From contig OZ241863.1 of NCBI GenBank assembly GCA_965203055.1, positions 4,288,001-4,352,000 on the forward strand: a stretch of 64,000 nucleotides of DNA, written 5' to 3'. Below the pieces are notes generated by a model. The model was not told the origin of the DNA and did no database searches. It was given only the letters and a program-made list of their open reading frames with translations. Made by a program: the position numbers and the translations under genes. Shown piece by piece: positions 1 through 9,669 of the stretch (the first letter of the stretch is position 1; the number at the start of each line of letters is the position of its first letter). The stretch is from Spirochaetia bacterium. Lineage in GTDB: Bacteria; Spirochaetota; Spirochaetia; SZUA-6; Bin103.

Positions 1-393
1 TTCGAGGCGCAGTCCGATGGCGTTCAAGGCGGCTTCCATCTGATCCAGCCGAGAATGGTGATTGACGTTCAACACTCGATCTACTTGCGGCAGATGCCAG
101 CCTAGACGGCGTGCCAACTCGGCCTTGCCGATATTTTGGTCCCGCATGCCTTGGTACAAGATAACCTTGATAGCGGTAAGTGTCGGAAGTTGGACACAAG
201 TCCCACTCGGAGTGGGCAGCGGAATATCCTTCCGATCGTGGATGCGTGCGGCGACTGCTTCTTCCAACGCATCGACCGCACGCATCAACGCTTCATCACG
301 ATCTTCTCCAAACGTCGTCAATTCGGGAAAATCAGGAGCCGTAACAAGCACAGATCCTTCATCGTCCTCAAGATTCACTGTATAACAAAGCAT
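1..393 (-). CDS. hicB: HicB family antitoxin (runs off window edge)
   Basis: Hand translation from ATG at 393 (not in ORF track): MLCYTVNLEDDEGSVLVTAPDFPELTTFGEDRDEALMRAVDALEEAVAARIHDRKDIPLP...KAELARRLGWHLPQVDRVLN. HicB N-domain plus C-terminal HTH, directly downstream of hicA. Confidence 0.9.
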   Translation of the reverse strand, partial: MLCYTVNLEDDEGSVLVTAPDFPELTTFGEDRDEALMRAVDALEEAVAARIHDRKDIPLPTPSGTCVQLPTLTAIKVILYQGMRDQNIGKAELARRLGWHLPQVDRVLNVNHHSRLDQMEAALNAIGLRLE

Positions 394-438
394 ATTACAA
401 AACACCCTTTTTCACACTTAGGTAATCGTGCTACAATC

Positions 439-627
439 CTAATCGAGCTCCAGGTCCTTCTTGATCTTAGCTGCAAGTCCCTTACCAAGATCTTTGTCTG
501 ATCCGTGCATAGGTAATTGAGTGACAAAATCATTGCGGCGAACAGTTATGTGTCCGCTTCCACCCTTGTGGGTCTCAAAAGTGCAACCTTGTTTCTTAAG
601 CCATCTCTTTAGTTCTGAGGCTTTCAT
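439..627 (-). CDS. hicA: HicA family toxin (mRNA interferase)
   Basis: 62 aa, MKASELKRWLKKQGCTF...GGSGHITV...LPMHGSDKDLGKGL; SD AAGGAGG upstream. Confidence 0.9.
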   Translation of the reverse strand: MKASELKRWLKKQGCTFETHKGGSGHITVRRNDFVTQLPMHGSDKDLGKGLAAKIKKDLELD

Positions 628-655
628 TGTCCTCCTTCTAAAGTAGTCTCTCTAT

Positions 656-694
656 ATTGTAGTAGCCGCCCAACGTGAGGTCAACAGAAATGTT
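656..694 (-). promoter_or_regulatory. sigma70-type promoter of hicAB with palindromic operator
   Basis: Minus strand TTGACC(684-679)-N17-TACAAT(661-656); palindrome AACA-GAAA-TGTT at 683-694 overlaps the -35. Confidence 0.65.
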
Positions 695-792
695 AGGTTT
701 CTTCTACTCGGGAGCAAATCAATACCGTAAATACCTTTACCGTCGGTTGGGCTGAGCAGACGGGCTGGAGCCGGCGACGTGCGTAGCTCCGG

Positions 793-1314
793 TCAGGCCG
801 GGGGCTGCACGATGGCCGGGGTGTCGGAGGGGGTGAACCGGACCTCTACCAGGTTGTTTCCGGGACCGCCCCGGTCTATCACCAGAAAGTCGCTCTCGCG
901 GTCGAGGGCGATTACCGGGTGGTGCCACACGCCGCGCGCGTAGTTGACGCCTTGGCGGCCGTCGGTCACGAAGGCGCGCAGTTGGCCGGCGTCGGGCAGG
1001 GGGCCGGGCGGCGCAGCCACGATCAGAAACGGGAAGGGGTCGAGCGGGATGAACGCCTGCGATCCCAGCGGGTGATGCTCCAGCACGCGCACCGGGAACG
1101 GCACCGGACTCGGCTGCGCGCGGAACACGTTGATCAGCGGCCGGCCGCCGCCCGCGGCCGCGTCCACCCGCGCCAGGTCGTGAAAGCGCACCGTGGTGCC
1201 GTCGTTGATCAGCCGCCGTTCGGCCCCGGCCGTCTCGATCACCTCCCCGAACGGGGCAAACTCCCGCCGCGTCAGGGGCACCGGCGTGAGGCGGCGCGCC
1301 GAACTCTGGCTCAA
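793..1314 (-). CDS. allA: Ureidoglycolate lyase
   Basis: [52 protein letters not shown]; probable TTG start just after the alc stop. Confidence 0.9.
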   Translation of the reverse strand: MSQSSARRLTPVPLTRREFAPFGEVIETAGAERRLINDGTTVRFHDLARVDAAAGGGRPLINVFRAQPSPVPFPVRVLEHHPLGSQAFIPLDPFPFLIVAAPPGPLPDAGQLRAFVTDGRQGVNYARGVWHHPVIALDRESDFLVIDRGGPGNNLVEVRFTPSDTPAIVQPPA

Positions 1315-1315
1315 G

Positions 1316-2350
1316 TCAACTCTCCGCCGGGCGGCCAAACAGGCGCAGGCGGCTGACGCCGCCGTCGGGAATGATGTTCAGGTGCACGTGAGAGACCGGC
1401 TGCGCGCACGCGGCGGCGGGGACCTCGAAGGCGTGTTCGCAGTCGGCCTGCAGCGGCTGCTCCGGCAGCAGCACCGGCCAGAACATCGACTGCGCGATCA
1501 CCGATTCCTGCAGCTCGCCGAAGTGCGCCGGCAGCAGCGCCCCTTGCAGCGAGCAGCGGTCGGGGTAGTTGCCCTTGAAGTGACTGGTGTCCACCACCAC
1601 GCGTTGGATGCAGCCGGGCCGGGCCAGCTCGATGATGCACCAGTCGTGCCCCGGCTCGCGCCGCCGCCGGGTTTCCCATCCCTCACCCGCGTGACGCGCG
1701 CGGTCCGGGCGCAGCAGGTTGGAGGGATGGCCGTAGTGGGAGTTGTTCCAGGCCACCGCCACCGCTCCGTTGCGGGCGCAGCCCAGGTCCACGGGGCCGG
1801 CCGCGGCCAGCGCCTGCCAGTCGGGGCGCGGGCGGCCATACACCCGCAGGCGCGCCACGCCGCCGTCCGGCAGCAGATTGAGCCGCACGTGGGTAACCAC
1901 CGCGGTGCTCGCGACGTCGAGCAGATGATGGGAGTCGGGGCCGATCGGCGACGGCGGCACCAGCGGGACCCACTCGGTGGCCGCGTCCGGGTCGCCGCGG
2001 CAGTAGCAGCCGTCCATGGAGGCCGCGGGCGGGAAATTGCCGGTGAAGTGGGTGGTGTCGATGTCGACCGTGAAGATCTCGCCCGCGGTCGCCAGTCGTA
2101 CGATGCAGTGGTCGTGGCCCCCGCGGCGCCGGCGCCGTGACTCCCAGCCGTCCATCCACTTGCCGTGATCGTCATACTTGTCGGGGAAGAACACCGGGGC
2201 GCGCGGCTCCAGCATGCGGCTCATGGGGCCGAAGAATTCGTCGCTGCAGGAAACTGCCGCGGCGCCGATCCGGATATCCGCCAAGTTGGTGGTGCGGCGC
2301 GCGGCGGCGCCGCCGGCGGAGGGAGGGGACGCCCCTTGCTCAGCCGGCAT
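1316..2350 (-). CDS. alc: Allantoicase
   Basis: Two allantoicase repeats: [12 protein letters not shown] / [26 protein letters not shown] / [22 protein letters not shown] / [12 protein letters not shown]. Confidence 0.95.
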   Translation of the reverse strand: MPAEQGASPPSAGGAAARRTTNLADIRIGAAAVSCSDEFFGPMSRMLEPRAPVFFPDKYDDHGKWMDGWESRRRRRGGHDHCIVRLATAGEIFTVDIDTTHFTGNFPPAASMDGCYCRGDPDAATEWVPLVPPSPIGPDSHHLLDVASTAVVTHVRLNLLPDGGVARLRVYGRPRPDWQALAAAGPVDLGCARNGAVAVAWNNSHYGHPSNLLRPDRARHAGEGWETRRRREPGHDWCIIELARPGCIQRVVVDTSHFKGNYPDRCSLQGALLPAHFGELQESVIAQSMFWPVLLPEQPLQADCEHAFEVPAAACAQPVSHVHLNIIPDGGVSRLRLFGRPAES

Positions 2351-3263
2351 GGGGATGATGCTCCCGCCAATGGCGGGCGAGGTCGATGCGCCGGCAGCAC
2401 CACACCGCCTCGTGGGCCAGCACGTGGTCGAGGAACCGCGCCACGGCCGCGAAGCGGCCCGGCCGCCCGGCCAGCCGACAGTGCAGCCCTATCGACATCA
2501 TGCGCGGCGTGCGCGCGCCCTCGGCGTACAGCACGTCGAACGCGTCTCGCAGATAGTTGAAGAACTGCTCGCCGGAGTTGAAGCCCTGCGGGGTGGCGAA
2601 GCGCATGTCGTTGGCGTCGAGCGTGTAGGGCACCACCAGATGCGGCTGCCCGGCGACCTCGGTCCAGAACGGCAGGTCATCGCTGTAATCGTCGGCGTCG
2701 TACAGAAAGCCGCCCTCCTCCACCACCAGCCGGCGGGTATTGGGACTGGTGCGTCCCGTATACCAGCCCCGCGGCCGTTCCCCGGTGAGCTGCCGGATGA
2801 TTTCGACGGCGCGCTGCAGATGTTCCCGCTCTACCGGCTCCGGCACCTCCTGATAGTCGATCCAGCGATAGCCGTGGCTGCAGATCTCGAAGCCGTTGGC
2901 CAGGGCCGCGTCGGCCACCGCCGGGTTGCGCTGCAGGGCCATCGCCACCGCGAATACGGTTATCGGTACCTGCCGCGCGCGGAACAGATCGAACAGCCGC
3001 CACACCCCGACCCGGCTGCCATACTCGTAGATCGACTCCATGCTCAGGTGGCGGCCGGAAATCGGGCGCGCGCCGACGATCTCCGACAGGAACGCCTCCG
3101 AGGCCGCGTCGCCGTGCAGGATGCAGTTCTCGCCCCCCTCTTCGTAGTTGACGACGAACTGCACCGCCACGCGGGCGTTGCCGGGCCACCGCGCGGGCGG
3201 CGGCGTACTCCCGTAGCCAAGCAGGTCCCGGGGGTATGCGGCGTCCATCCGCGCAGGCCGCAC
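2340..3263 (-). CDS. puuE: Allantoinase PuuE (polysaccharide deacetylase fold)
   Basis: YPRDLLGYG, VAVQFVVNYEEGGENCILHGD, MESIYEYGSRVGVWR, MMSIGLHCRLAGRPGR; adjacent to alc and allA. Start may be ATG 3248. Confidence 0.93.
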   Translation of the reverse strand: MRPARMDAAYPRDLLGYGSTPPPARWPGNARVAVQFVVNYEEGGENCILHGDAASEAFLSEIVGARPISGRHLSMESIYEYGSRVGVWRLFDLFRARQVPITVFAVAMALQRNPAVADAALANGFEICSHGYRWIDYQEVPEPVEREHLQRAVEIIRQLTGERPRGWYTGRTSPNTRRLVVEEGGFLYDADDYSDDLPFWTEVAGQPHLVVPYTLDANDMRFATPQGFNSGEQFFNYLRDAFDVLYAEGARTPRMMSIGLHCRLAGRPGRFAAVARFLDHVLAHEAVWCCRRIDLARHWREHHPHAG

Positions 3264-3266
3264 CGA

Positions 3267-4184
3267 TTACCGGTCGCGGCCGAACAGCGCGAAGGCGAAG
3301 TTGGCGGCCGGCGGGGGCAGGTCGGTGCGGCCCTGCAGGTAGCGCCGCGCCTGCTCGTCGGGCGGGACGCTGTCCAGTTGCGAGAACCCGGCGCGCGCCA
3401 GTTCCGCGGTCAACTCCTCGGGAGCGAACGTCGAGCGCATCGGCTCGCCGCGCTTGGCGACGAACTGATCTATCTTGTCGGCGAACAGCAGGCTGTCCTC
3501 CGGGATCAGGCGGCGCGGATACTTGTAGTCGAGGACTATCCGGCTGCCGCCGGCGGCCACCGCGGCGAGGCGCTCGAGGGTGTCGCGGATCGCCTCCCTG
3601 GTCAGGTAATAGGTGGTCCCGAGCCACGAAAAGAACGCCGGCGCGTTGGCGTCGAAGCCGGCGCGCGTCAGCTCCTCGTCAAGGCGGTCGGTCTCGAAGT
3701 CGACCGCGACGAAGGTCAGGTTGGCGGGGACGCTGCCGTTGATGGCGACGACCCGCGCGCGCTTCATGGCCTGCGACGACGGGTGATCCACCTCGAAGAT
3801 GCGCAGCCGGTCGCCGAGCTCCGCGTGGCGCAGCGCAAAGGTGTCGAGCCCGGCGCCGAGGATCACGTACTGCCCGACCCCGGCGCCGACCGCTTCCTGC
3901 AGCCGCTCCTCGGCGTAGCGGATGCGCAGGATGTTCTCGGTATGGATGGGCCGGAACACGCCCAGCACGCGATGCACGATGAGCCGGTTCAGCAGCCGGT
4001 TGGTGGCGACCAGGCGCCAGAACGGCGTGGTCATCTGCAGCGCGTACTGATCCGAGAACACCGGCGGATGGTCCCAGCGCAGGTGACTCGCGCGAATCGC
4101 CGCCACCAGCACCGCCGTCTTGCTGGCCCGCCGCCCGTGCGGCTGGGCCTGCGGACCGGGCTGCTTTCGGTTATCGTCAGGCAC
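3267..4184 (-). CDS. SAM-dependent methyltransferase (leucine carboxyl methyltransferase-like family)
   Basis: QYVILGAGLDTFALR, IFEVDHP, FVAVDFE, FSWLGTTYYLT; start uncertain (GTG 4184 or 4220). Confidence 0.85.
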   Translation of the reverse strand: MPDDNRKQPGPQAQPHGRRASKTAVLVAAIRASHLRWDHPPVFSDQYALQMTTPFWRLVATNRLLNRLIVHRVLGVFRPIHTENILRIRYAEERLQEAVGAGVGQYVILGAGLDTFALRHAELGDRLRIFEVDHPSSQAMKRARVVAINGSVPANLTFVAVDFETDRLDEELTRAGFDANAPAFFSWLGTTYYLTREAIRDTLERLAAVAAGGSRIVLDYKYPRRLIPEDSLLFADKIDQFVAKRGEPMRSTFAPEELTAELARAGFSQLDSVPPDEQARRYLQGRTDLPPPAANFAFALFGRDR

Positions 4185-4259
4185 CTTGCGGGCCACAGTA
4201 GCCGGATCAGGAATCGACACGCAAGGGCGCGGCGCGGCTGCACGCGGCTGCCGGCGCCG

Positions 4260-5777
4260 TCAGCCCGCGGCGGCGGCCTCCGGCAGGCGGAAGCGGCGGC
4301 GCAGCTCGGGCGGCGCGCCGCAGCGGTCGAAGGCGGCGCCGAGCGCGGCCTGCATCTCGGCGACCCGTTGCGGGTGCGCGGCGGCGGCGTTGCGCCGTTC
4401 GCTGGGGTCCGCTTCCAGATCGCTGAGCCAGGTGCCCAGATAGTCCGCCGGCACCGGATCGCGCTCCACCAGGCGGCGGCCGTCGACGTACGGCCCGAGG
4501 ACTTGCTGGCCGTAGAAGCGCTGCTGATGGTAGCCGTGCCAGTACAGCGGTTGCTCCGGGTCGGGGCCCTGATGCAGCGTCCAGCGGCCATCGGTGATGG
4601 TGGCCGAGCGTGCGAACTGGCCGGCGATGGCGTAGTCGCGGGTCGGCGCCGCGGGGTCGGCCAGCGTCGGCAGCAGGTTCACCCCGTGGCAGCCCGGCGG
4701 CAGCTCGCGCCCGAAGGCGGCCAGCACGGTGGCGTAGAGATCGACGTTCTGCACCAGTTGGCGGCGCCGCTCGCCGTGCCCCAGCTCGGGGTGGTAGATC
4801 AGGAACGGGATCATGTTCTTGGCCGCGAACTCGTGGGTCTGCAGCTTGCCGATGCGCTCGTGGTCGCCATTGAAGGTGCCGTGGTCGGTGTGCAGGATCA
4901 CCATCGTGTTGCGCCACAGATCGAGCTCGTCCATGGCGTCGAGCACTTGGCCCAGCCAACGGTCGGCCAGCACCACCTTGCCGGCGTAGCGCGCCTGGAA
5001 GCTGCGCAGGGTGCCGGCATCCATCTGCTCGCGCCACCGGGAGTAGCCGGGGTGGCTCGCCCAATCGGCGGTGTAGTAGCCGCGCGGATCGAACTGGCGC
5101 AGGATCTCCTCCGGCGGGTCCCATGGCTCGTGGGGGTCGAATTCGTCGACGTGCAGGTAGAAGCTGCGGTGCCCGGCGTTGCGGCGCAGCCACTCCGCCG
5201 CGCTGCTGAAGGTGCGCGCCACCGGCAAGTCCTGTTCGCGACTGCCGAAGCGGTGCTTGTTGCGCCAGTAGCGCTCCAGCTTGGTGGGCAGGTCGGGCGG
5301 CGGGCAGTAGAACTCCTCGCTGGTGGTGGCCCACGGGTCCTCCTGCTGGCCGCGGATGAACTCGAAGCCGCTGAAGCCGAAGTGATAGTTGCCCGAGCCC
5401 GCGCACCACATGTTCTTGTGGTCGGAGATGAAGTAGCTCGCCACGTCGCCGGCGCCGTAGCCGCTGATCGGCTGGGTATGGTGCGGCGACAGCAGGTTCG
5501 GCAGCGCCAGGTCGCCTTCCTCCAGCGGCCCCCAACCGCGTTCCAGAAACTCGTAGCGGCCGGTGTAGATGTCGCGCCGCGCCGGCATGCAGGGGGTGCT
5601 GCCTGCGTAGGCGCGCTCGAATACCGTGCCGCGCGCCGCCAGCCGGTCGAGATTCGGCGTGGGCACCACCCAGTCGGGCTGCTCCGGTGAGTCTACCTGA
5701 TCGAGGGGCCGCCCCTGATGGTAGGGCCCGCAGTGATCGCGCCGCAGCGTGTCGCAGAGAATGTGGATGACGTTCAT
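4260..5777 (-). CDS. Sulfatase (formylglycine-dependent, Cys-type)
   Basis: Starts MNVIHILCDTLRRDH; CxPxR motif TPCMPARRDIYTG; FDPHEPWDPP; HTDHG. Confidence 0.9.
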   Translation of the reverse strand: MNVIHILCDTLRRDHCGPYHQGRPLDQVDSPEQPDWVVPTPNLDRLAARGTVFERAYAGSTPCMPARRDIYTGRYEFLERGWGPLEEGDLALPNLLSPHHTQPISGYGAGDVASYFISDHKNMWCAGSGNYHFGFSGFEFIRGQQEDPWATTSEEFYCPPPDLPTKLERYWRNKHRFGSREQDLPVARTFSSAAEWLRRNAGHRSFYLHVDEFDPHEPWDPPEEILRQFDPRGYYTADWASHPGYSRWREQMDAGTLRSFQARYAGKVVLADRWLGQVLDAMDELDLWRNTMVILHTDHGTFNGDHERIGKLQTHEFAAKNMIPFLIYHPELGHGERRRQLVQNVDLYATVLAAFGRELPPGCHGVNLLPTLADPAAPTRDYAIAGQFARSATITDGRWTLHQGPDPEQPLYWHGYHQQRFYGQQVLGPYVDGRRLVERDPVPADYLGTWLSDLEADPSERRNAAAAHPQRVAEMQAALGAAFDRCGAPPELRRRFRLPEAAAAG

Positions 5778-5879
5778 CGCCGGGCAAGTATAGTGCCGCG
5801 GCCCGCGGCGCGCAGTCCCGGGCGCAGGGCGCCGGGGCGCAGTTTGACCGCGCGCCGCGGGCACCGCTAAGCTCGGGCC

Positions 5880-6815
5880 ATGGAACACCCTGAGGCGGCG
5901 CCGGTAACGCTGGGCCGCGGCCTGCGGCTGCCGCGCATCGGCCTGGGCACCGGCCTGCACGGCGAGGTGTCGGAGCGCCAGTCGGTGAACACCATCGAGC
6001 ACGCCCTGCGCTGCGGGGTGCGCTTCTTCGATACCGCGCCGTTGTACGGCAACGGAGTGGCCGAGGAGCGGCTCGGCATCGCCCTGCGCGGCGTCCCGCG
6101 CGACAGCTACGTGCTGAACACCAAGGTCGGCATCCTGTCCGGCGGCGTCACCGGCGACTTCGTCTACGACTTCAGCGCCGGCGGCGTGGAGCGTTGCTTC
6201 GAGCGCAGTCTGGGCCGGCTGCAGGTGGAGCGCATCGACATCCTGCATCTGCACGAGCCGGAGGGGTTCGCCGATCAGGTGCTGGCCGAGACCCTGCCGG
6301 TGGTGACCCGCTGGCGCGAGCAGGGCTTGATCCGCGCCGTCAGCGCCGGGGTGAACCACTGGCGCTTCGCGGAACCATTCGTGGAACACCTGGACTGCGT
6401 GCTGCTGGCGGGGCGCTACACCCTGCTGGAGCAGGGCGCGCTGCCGTTTCTGGAGCGCCAGCGGCGGGCGCGGCGGCCGGTACTCGGCGCCGGCATCTTC
6501 AACAGCGGCATTCTGGCGACCGGCGCCGGCTCCGGCGCGCGCTACAACTATCTGCCGGCGCCGCCGCCGTTGCAGGAGCGGGCGCGGCGCCTGCAGCAGA
6601 TCTGCGAGCGCCACGGGGTGGAGTTGGCGCACGCCGCGGTGCAGTTCGTTGCCGCGCAGTCGGCCATCGCCGCGCTGATCTTCGGCGCCTGCAGCAGCGC
6701 CGAGCTGGACCAGGCGCTGCGCGGTGCGCGGGCCTCCACGCCGCCGGCCCTGTGGGCTGACCTGCGCGCCGCCGGGCTGCTCGACCCCGCCGCGCCCACA
6801 CCCGAACCCGCCTAG
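5880..6815 (+). CDS. Aldo/keto reductase (D-threo-aldose dehydrogenase-like)
   Basis: FFDTAPLYGNGVAEERLG, NTKVG, YDFSAGGVERCFERSLGRL, LLAGRYTLLEQ, IFNSGILA. Confidence 0.9.
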   Translation: MEHPEAAPVTLGRGLRLPRIGLGTGLHGEVSERQSVNTIEHALRCGVRFFDTAPLYGNGVAEERLGIALRGVPRDSYVLNTKVGILSGGVTGDFVYDFSAGGVERCFERSLGRLQVERIDILHLHEPEGFADQVLAETLPVVTRWREQGLIRAVSAGVNHWRFAEPFVEHLDCVLLAGRYTLLEQGALPFLERQRRARRPVLGAGIFNSGILATGAGSGARYNYLPAPPPLQERARRLQQICERHGVELAHAAVQFVAAQSAIAALIFGACSSAELDQALRGARASTPPALWADLRAAGLLDPAAPTPEPA

Positions 6816-6964
6816 CCGCCGGAGAAGCCGTGCGTGCATGGCATGCATGGGCATGCATGCAGTCAGTGTTGCCAAATCGCTGATCGGATCGTACGATGAG
6901 CGTTACGTTTGGTTGATCGCGGCGGTGGTGTGGTAACCGCCGCGGCAATCGGAGGAGGCGAGGT

Positions 6965-7960
6965 ATGACGAGACGGAAGGGGCTCCTGGTGTTGCTTGCG
7001 CTGCTGGTGCCGGTGGCGTCGATGTTCGGCGAAGGGGAGAGCGAGAGCGGTCAAGAACTCACTACGGTTACGTTTCGCATGAACTGGAAGTTTTCCGGGC
7101 CCCATGCGGTGTATCTCCTGGGGAAGGAGCTTGGCTTCTATGCCGAAGAAGGCCTCGATCTGCAAGTTCTGGAAGGGAATGGATCGGTTACGACCGGGCA
7201 GCTCGTGGGAAACAAATCAGAGGATTTCGGCTTGGCCGACGCGACCGCGTTGATTCCCATCATGGCGCAGGGGCTACCGATCGTATCCGTGGGCATGGTT
7301 ACGCCGACGTCGGCGCTGGCTGTAGTTGCCCGCAAGGATAGCGGCATCCGCACCATGAAGGATCTGGAGGGACGGAAACTGTCGGTGACCGCGGGCGACG
7401 CGCTGACGCAGATATTCCCGGCCGTCATCGCTGCCAACGGGCTCGATGAATCCAGGATCGACCTTATCTACGTCGATGCGGCCGCCAAGATTCCAACGGT
7501 GCTGGAGGGAAAGACCGACGCACTACTTGGCGCAGCCGGCGATCAGAGTGTAATCATGGAAGATCGTGGATTCGAGGTCGTGACCCTGAAGTTTGCCGAT
7601 TACGGAGTAAATATCCTCAATCTTGGAATCTTCGTTCATCGGGATACCGTAGAAGACAACCCGGATCTGATCCGGCGTTTCCTGCGCGCCACGAAGCGTA
7701 GTCATGAAGCTCTCGACGAGCACTACGACCAAGCCATGGAGCTTCTCGTGGATATCAAGAAGGAACTCAAGGTAGAGGTAGCAAAACAACAGGGATCCGC
7801 ATACTACTCGCGTATGGAGTCGACCAATTGTGACGATGCGGAGATACTCTACAACTGTCCGGGAGACTGGCAGATGACGGTTGATATCATGACTACCTAT
7901 CGCGATCTCGAGGGCGCCATCGACGCGGCAGAGTTCTATACCAACGAATTCCTTCCGTGA
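6965..7960 (+). CDS. ABC transporter substrate-binding protein, NMT1/THI5-like (NitT/TauT)
   Basis: Signal peptide; FRMNWKFSGPHA, GFYAEEGLDLQVLEGNGS, C-terminal FYTNEFLP. Confidence 0.88.
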   Translation: MTRRKGLLVLLALLVPVASMFGEGESESGQELTTVTFRMNWKFSGPHAVYLLGKELGFYAEEGLDLQVLEGNGSVTTGQLVGNKSEDFGLADATALIPIMAQGLPIVSVGMVTPTSALAVVARKDSGIRTMKDLEGRKLSVTAGDALTQIFPAVIAANGLDESRIDLIYVDAAAKIPTVLEGKTDALLGAAGDQSVIMEDRGFEVVTLKFADYGVNILNLGIFVHRDTVEDNPDLIRRFLRATKRSHEALDEHYDQAMELLVDIKKELKVEVAKQQGSAYYSRMESTNCDDAEILYNCPGDWQMTVDIMTTYRDLEGAIDAAEFYTNEFLP

Positions 7961-7961
7961 C

Positions 7962-8759
7962 TTGAGCTCCACCGATCCGGCAGGCTCCGGCCTGTTCCTT
8001 TCCGTGGAGTGCCTGAGCAAGACCTTCGAGTCGGACAAGGGTAACGTACGGGCACTCGACGACTTCACCCTCAAGGTGTCGGAGGGTGAGTTCGTCGCTG
8101 TCGTGGGACCAAGCGGATGCGGCAAGAGCACGTTGATGATGCTCGTGGCCGGTCTTCTCCAGGCCAGCGCCGGGCGCGTATCCTTCCGCGGCACCAAGGT
8201 CGATGGGCCGGTCACCGACGTTGGTATCGTGTTCCAGAATCACGTGCTGCTTGATTGGCTCACGACCATGGACAATGTCCTGTTTCAGATCGATATGCGG
8301 CGCTTGCCGCGCAGCCGCTACGAAACCCGAGCCCGAGAGCTGATCTCGATGGTCTCACTGAACGGATTCGAACACGCCTACCCCTATGAACTTTCCGGAG
8401 GCATGAAGCAGCGCTGCGCCATATGCCGTGCTCTGCTCCACGATCCTCCGTTGCTGCTGATGGACGAACCGTTCGGCGCACTCGACGCGCTTACCCGTGA
8501 CCAGCTCTGCATTGATCTCGAAAAGATCTGGCTTACCACCAGAAAGACAGTACTGTTCATCACTCACAGCGTGTCCGAGGCGGTGCAGCTCGCCGATCGA
8601 ATAATCGTGATGACTCCGCGACCCGGCAGGCTCTATCGCGAGGTTGCCGTGGAATTGCCTCGCCCGCGCTATGCGGACGGCGTGGATAACGAGCGGGCCG
8701 CACTCCTGGTACGACAAATCAAGCAATCGTTCCTGGATCAGGGAGTGCTGCGAAGATAG
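7962..8759 (+). CDS. ABC transporter ATP-binding protein (NitT/TauT)
   Basis: GPSGCGKST, LSGGMKQR, LLMDEPFGALDALTR, FITHS. Confidence 0.95.
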   Translation: MSSTDPAGSGLFLSVECLSKTFESDKGNVRALDDFTLKVSEGEFVAVVGPSGCGKSTLMMLVAGLLQASAGRVSFRGTKVDGPVTDVGIVFQNHVLLDWLTTMDNVLFQIDMRRLPRSRYETRARELISMVSLNGFEHAYPYELSGGMKQRCAICRALLHDPPLLLMDEPFGALDALTRDQLCIDLEKIWLTTRKTVLFITHSVSEAVQLADRIIVMTPRPGRLYREVAVELPRPRYADGVDNERAALLVRQIKQSFLDQGVLRR

Positions 8760-8762
8760 CCG

Positions 8763-9542
8763 GTGGAACGGATGTTACGGATCATCTGGAACCGACATAC
8801 TCAAACCGCAGCGTCGTTTCTGGTATTCTTTCTGCTGTGGGAACTGGCGGTGATCGGGTTCGAGATAAGATCCTACATCCTTCCTGCTCCGACCGAGATA
8901 TTTCAGGCTCTGTTGAAGTATCATTTGGAACTCCTGCACGCGCTGCTGTTCACCGTCCGCAGTCTTATGATTGGCTACTTCGTGGCGGTGCTGTCGGGAA
9001 TCCTCCTCGCTCTTCCCATTGCCTACTCCGTGTTCATGCAGCGGTCGGTCTATCCTCTCATTCTCTTCTTCCAAGTCATCCCGAAGGTGGCCTTGGCTCC
9101 GATCTTCGTGATTTGGTTTGGTTTCGGTCTGCCGCCGAAGATAATGATCGTCTTTCTGCTTTCGTTCTTCCCGGTCGTTATCAATGGTATCGTCGGGCTT
9201 CGTTCCATCGACCAGGACGTGATCAGCCTGACGCGATCGACCGGTGCCAAGCCTGTCGACGTATTCCTCAAGGTCCGTCTTCCGAGTGCGTTGCCCACTT
9301 TCTTTGCGGGATTCAAGTTAGCAGCGATATCGGCAACCATCGGGGCCGTGATCGGCGAATTCATCGGTTCCGACGCCGGCCTCGGGTATATCATCTTGAC
9401 TGCCAACGGCGACCTGCAGACCGACTACTCTTTCGCTGCCATCACCGTGCTGACGGTGTTGGGACTGGCCCTGTATTACACGGTCGAGGGTATGGAACGG
9501 GTCCTCATACCCTGGCACATTTCGCAGCGGGCGGGAAATTGA
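8763..9542 (+). CDS. ABC transporter permease (NitT/TauT)
   Basis: ILPAPTEI, QVIPKVALAPIFVIWFGFG, GAVIGEFIGSDAGLGY. Confidence 0.93.
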   Translation: MERMLRIIWNRHTQTAASFLVFFLLWELAVIGFEIRSYILPAPTEIFQALLKYHLELLHALLFTVRSLMIGYFVAVLSGILLALPIAYSVFMQRSVYPLILFFQVIPKVALAPIFVIWFGFGLPPKIMIVFLLSFFPVVINGIVGLRSIDQDVISLTRSTGAKPVDVFLKVRLPSALPTFFAGFKLAAISATIGAVIGEFIGSDAGLGYIILTANGDLQTDYSFAAITVLTVLGLALYYTVEGMERVLIPWHISQRAGN

Positions 9543-9669
9543 TGCCCGACTTCTCCACGCTCAATGAGCAGGACGCGGTGTTCATCGGCGCTGACCGGCG
9601 CGGTCGGCAAGGGTCGTACCGCAAGCGCTGGAGCGGCACCGTGTACCGGGGCCGGCAGGAGGCTTGCCG

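Noticed and set aside
2178..5690. 1170-aa plus-strand ORF
   Set aside because: Antisense shadow of puuE, the methyltransferase and the sulfatase; no motifs; expected in high-GC DNA.
5801..5862. 13-bp GC inverted repeat between the divergent sulfatase and reductase genes
   Set aside because: Composed only of G/C in a very GC-rich genome; chance cannot be excluded.
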